Assembly: GCA_003133025.1 (NCBI GenBank)
Contig: PKZK01000066.1
Location: 2,183-22,103 of the forward strand
Reading direction: 5' to 3'
DNA length: 19,921 nucleotides
DNA from: Vulcanimicrobiota bacterium
GTDB lineage: Bacteria > Vulcanimicrobiota > Vulcanimicrobiia > Vulcanimicrobiales > Vulcanimicrobiaceae
In this document: piece after piece, positions 17,304 to 19,921 of the stretch
Layout: the number at the start of each line of letters is the position of its first letter
Position numbering within the stretch: position 1 is the first letter of the stretch
Made by a program: the position numbers and the translations under genes
Notes under the pieces: model-generated
The model's database searches: none
The model's input: only the letters and a program-made list of their open reading frames with translations
What the model was told of the DNA's origin: nothing

Positions 17304-18518
17304 TTAGGTTGCGGGGTGGGCGCCCAGCGCCTCGTCGAGGTCGTCGATGAGGTCGCGTGCGTCTTCCAAGCCGACGGAAATGCGCAGCAGGTCGGGGGTG
17401 ATGCCCAATTGCTCCTTCCGCTCGGCCGGAACCGATTTGTGCGTCATCGCGGCCGGAGAACAGATCAGCGACTCGACGCCGCCGAGCGAGACCGCGAGGT
17501 TGAAGAGGCGCGTCGATCGGGCCACCGCGAGGGCCCGCTCGGCGCCGCCTCGCACGCGGAACGACACCACGCCCCCGAATCCGCGCTGCTGCTGCGAGGC
17601 CAGTTCGTGGTCGGGGTGCGAGCGCAAGCCCGGGAAGTAGACGCGCTCGATGTCCTCACGCCCTTCGAGCCATTGGGCGACAGAGAGCGCGTTGCGCTCG
17701 TGTTGACGCATTCTCACCGCAAGCGTCTTCGCGCCGCGCAGCGTGAGATAGGCGTCTTGCGGCCCGGGCACGGCGCCGACCGCGTTTTGGTGGAAGGCGA
17801 TCTCGGCGAAGAGATCGGCGTCGTTGACGACGACCGCACCGCCGACGACGTCGCTATGCCCGTTGATGTATTTGGTGGTCGAATGCACGACGAGGTCGGC
17901 CCCGAGCTCGAGCGGGTTCTGAAAGAACGGCGATAAGAACGTATTGTCGACGGCCAGGATCTGGCCGGGGCGCTTGAGGCCGGCGATGGCGCGGATGTTC
18001 GCGACGCGCAGCAGCGGATTGGTCGGTGTCTCGACCCAGATCAATTTGACGCCGTCCTCGAGCGCGGCCTCGACGGCACGCAGATCGGTCATGTCGACGA
18101 ACGTCGTCGCGATGCCGTTGCGCGCGAGCACGTCGCAGAAGAAGCGATACGTGCCGCCGTACAAGTCGTCGGTCGCAAGAACGCGATCCCCCGCGCGTAC
18201 GATGCTGCACGCCGCGGCGACCGCGGCCATGCCCGAGCCGAAGGCCGCCGCGAAACGTGCGTTTTCGAGGGCGGCGAGTTGCCGTTCGAGCGCGAGCCGA
18301 GTCGGATTGCCCGTGCGCGAGTAGTCGAAGCCCTTATCGCTGCCCACGGCATCGAGCGTGAACGTCGCGCTCTGGTAGATGGGCGGTATCGTCGCGCCGG
18401 TTGCCGAGCAAGGGTCCTGGCCTGCGCGGATCGCACGCGTATCGAAACGATCCGAGATGCGCGAACGCGCGCTGCCGAGGTTGTGCGGGGCAGAGTGGCC
18501 GAGCGTGGTGGACGGCAT
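17304..18518 (-). CDS. Cystathionine gamma-synthase / gamma-lyase family PLP enzyme (Cys/Met transsulfuration)
   Basis: PPIYQSATF, YSRTGNPTR, FGSGMAA, LYGGT, ETPTNP, DNTF, PLP-lysine motif HSTTKYINGHSD and SLGGVESL. AAAGAGAG lies 8 nt before the ATG at 18518. Confidence 0.95.
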   Translation of the reverse strand: MPSTTLGHSAPHNLGSARSRISDRFDTRAIRAGQDPCSATGATIPPIYQSATFTLDAVGSDKGFDYSRTGNPTRLALERQLAALENARFAAAFGSGMAAVAAACSIVRAGDRVLATDDLYGGTYRFFCDVLARNGIATTFVDMTDLRAVEAALEDGVKLIWVETPTNPLLRVANIRAIAGLKRPGQILAVDNTFLSPFFQNPLELGADLVVHSTTKYINGHSDVVGGAVVVNDADLFAEIAFHQNAVGAVPGPQDAYLTLRGAKTLAVRMRQHERNALSVAQWLEGREDIERVYFPGLRSHPDHELASQQQRGFGGVVSFRVRGGAERALAVARSTRLFNLAVSLGGVESLICSPAAMTHKSVPAERKEQLGITPDLLRISVGLEDARDLIDDLDEALGAHPAT

Positions 18519-18558
18519 GAGTAACACTCTCTTTCAACGTGGTGGAAACGTTAGGGGG

Positions 18559-18591
18559 AAATGAAAAAGCCCTCGCTGCGGCGAGGGCTTT
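18559..18591 (-). terminator. Intrinsic terminator in the leader of the transsulfuration gene (attenuator 3:4 hairpin)
   Basis: Minus strand AAA-GCCCTCGC-CGCA-GCGAGGGC-TTTTTCATTT: an 8-bp GC-rich stem plus U-tract, about 40 nt before the gene start. Confidence 0.85.
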
Positions 18592-18617
18592 GACGTAAGC
18601 GACCGGCGCGAGCCGGG

Positions 18618-18698
18618 CTATCTCACATGCAAAAGCACCAGGCCGCGCGGCGCGCAACCCGTCATTCGCATGGACATCGCAAATTGCGATCGAATCAT
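18618..18698 (-). CDS. Putative leaderless Met-rich leader peptide MIRSQFAMSMRMTGCAPRGLVLLHVR (26 aa)
   Basis: ATG lies 7 nt downstream of the -10 box, with no SD. Met codons at 8, 10 and 12 and Cys at 15. Stop TAG is 26 nt before the terminator hairpin. Confidence 0.7.
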   Translation of the reverse strand: MIRSQFAMSMRMTGCAPRGLVLLHVR

Positions 18699-18705
18699 GC
18701 TGCCG

Positions 18706-18734
18706 ACCTTAGCATGGCCCGGGGACACTGTCAA
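18706..18734 (-). promoter_or_regulatory. Sigma70-type promoter
   Basis: Perfect -35 TTGACA (18734-18729), 17-nt spacer, extended -10 TGc-TAAGGT (18711-18706). Confidence 0.8.
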
Positions 18735-19069
18735 CGCTTCTCGTCCGTTGCCTTGAGCAGTGCGAGCAGGTCTCCCACGAAGGCGCCCTGTTCGTTGGGG
18801 TGCCGGAGGCGCGCCGAGTCGATGATCACGTAGTGGTTGCGCCGGCCCTCGCGCTCCCGCTCGATCACGCCTTCTTCCTCGAGGTCGGTCAGGATCTGCT
18901 GCACGGCCCGCTCGGTGATCTTGACGGCGGCCGCCAGATCGCGCACGCGCAAATCCGGATTGCGGGCAAGAGCGATCAGCACGTGGGCGTGATTGGTCAG
19001 GAACGTCCAATTCGTTCGATGCGGATGCGCGGACTCGGCTTCGGGAAGCAAAGGAGGGGCAACCTTCAT
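18731..19069 (-). CDS. Winged helix-turn-helix transcriptional regulator (MarR/AsnC-like HTH); alternative start at 19099
   Basis: WTFLTNHAHVLIALARNPDLRVRDLAAAVKITERAVQQILTDLEEEGVIEREREGRRNHY...LRHP. AGGAAG/GGAG lies upstream of the ATG at 19069. Confidence 0.9.
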   Translation of the reverse strand: MKVAPPLLPEAESAHPHRTNWTFLTNHAHVLIALARNPDLRVRDLAAAVKITERAVQQILTDLEEEGVIEREREGRRNHYVIIDSARLRHPNEQGAFVGDLLALLKATDEKR

Positions 19070-19201
19070 ATCTCCGGCTTCCTGAATGGGCAGGCTCATC
19101 CCCCTGTATCCGGCCCGTCCCGACCCTCGTCCTGGGGCAGGTCGGGGAGCGACGCCGTGGAACCCCGCAAGGCTGCCGGATCGACTCCGGCGCGCGCCCA
19201 C

Positions 19202-19274
19202 GCCGACGTAGCTCAGTTGGTAGAGCAGCTGATTCGTAATCAGCAGGTCAGCGGTTCAAGTCCGCTCGTCGGCT
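19202..19274 (+). tRNA. tRNA-Thr(CGT); CCA not encoded
   Basis: Acceptor stem GCCGACG/CGTCGGC, D-arm GCTCAGTTGGTAGAGC, anticodon arm GCTGA-TTCGTAA-TCAGC (CGT at 19235-19237), T-arm AGCGG-TTCAAGT-CCGCT. Confidence 0.97.
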
Positions 19275-19571
19275 AATGGTTTGCCTCGACAGTCTACAGT
19301 TATTTCTATTTCGAGAATTGGTTCGTCGGCGAACTCGCCCGCCGGGCTTGCGCCGGCGATCGTACGCCAAGCGTGCGGCTAAGCGATCGGAGCAATGTCG
19401 TGCTAGCTTGCCGCATGCCCGCAGATGCCGCCGTCCGACGGCGACGGCCGGCCACGTAACGCGCCGGCCTTGCTCGAAGCGATCGCTGCGTTCGTCCGGC
19501 ACGGGGGAGGGCCAGAGTGACGAGAGGAACGGCTTACGCGTTACCCTCCCTGCCCGAATGATAGGTCTTTC

Positions 19572-19921
19572 ATGCTGAAGGCTCGGCTCATCGCGCGTTC
19601 GTCTTCGCTTCTTACGTTCGCCGTCGCGCTGTCCGCTTGCGCGGGCTTGAATGCGCCGGGAGCGGTGACTCCGCCGGGCGTCGGGCCCGATGCTCGCGCG
19701 CAGCAGGCGCGCGGGGTTTCCGGACCGGACGCCGCGGCTTCCGTGGAATACGTGTATACGGCCAACTTCGGTTCGGGCAACGTGTCGGGTTACAGCGTCA
19801 ACGTGAAGACGGGCGCCTTGACGCAATTGTCGAGTTCGCCTTTCGCCGCAGGGAACGGTCCGGTCGGCGTCGCGATCGACCCCAAGGGCCGATACGCCTA
19901 CGTCGGCAATTTCAACGCGAA
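19572..19921 (+). CDS. Lactonase-family (6-phosphogluconolactonase-like) beta-propeller lipoprotein; 3'-truncated
   Basis: Not in the ORF track because it has no stop in the window. Own translation: MLKARLIARSSSLLTFAVALSAC (lipobox LSAC)...EYVYTANFGSGNVSGYSVNVKTGALTQLSSSPFAAGNGPVGVAIDPKGRYAYVGN. Confidence 0.85.
   Translation, partial: MLKARLIARSSSLLTFAVALSACAGLNAPGAVTPPGVGPDARAQQARGVSGPDAAASVEYVYTANFGSGNVSGYSVNVKTGALTQLSSSPFAAGNGPVGVAIDPKGRYAYVGNFNA

Noticed and set aside
18559..18734. SAM-I/SAM-IV riboswitch or Met T-box upstream of the transsulfuration gene
   Set aside because: GGTGCT and AGATAG fragments occur, but the ATC.AGAG, GAGGGA.TGGCCC and GCAACC core elements and the T-box GGTGG.ACC motif are absent on the sense strand. 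The leader is also too short for a T-box.
18618..19010. 130-aa ORF in the track
   Set aside because: Most of it is an alternative frame of the wHTH gene. Only the last 26 codons, downstream of the promoter, are considered real.
19275..19335. att site or island boundary after tRNA-Thr (AT-rich patch, TCGTCGGC repeat at 19323-19330)
   Set aside because: The match to the tRNA 3' end is only 8 bp and there is no integrase in the window, so support is insufficient.
1..19921. CRISPR array, transposase, prophage or defence system
   Set aside because: No regularly spaced repeats or recognisable mobile or defence proteins were seen.

Overview
GC-rich, densely coding chromosomal window from a diderm bacterium. 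The TonB-dependent receptor style, lipoprotein beta-propellers, CGATCG-rich sequence and rpsR-rplI-lonC-dnaB order suggest Candidatus Eremiobacterota/Vulcanimicrobiia, but that is inference. Left to right it holds a 5'-truncated beta-helix protein, a GNAT, an AraC regulator coupled to a secreted SH3b-like protein, a VOC protein, the rpsR-rplI-lonC-dnaB core cluster, a gamma-carbonic anhydrase-like protein, a TonB-dependent receptor divergent from a YncE-like propeller, a minus-strand run (wHTH, cystathionine gamma-synthase/lyase, PAS-GGDEF-EAL, DAG kinase, PAP2), tRNA-Thr(CGT) and a 3'-truncated lactonase-like lipoprotein. No mobile element or CRISPR array was seen. The standout signal is upstream of the transsulfuration gene (18559-18734, minus strand). 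A near-consensus sigma70 promoter appears to start at the ATG of a leaderless 26-aa peptide containing MSMRM, followed by mutually exclusive 1:2, 2:3 and 3:4 helices ending in an intrinsic terminator. This is a candidate methionine-sensing ribosome-mediated attenuator.
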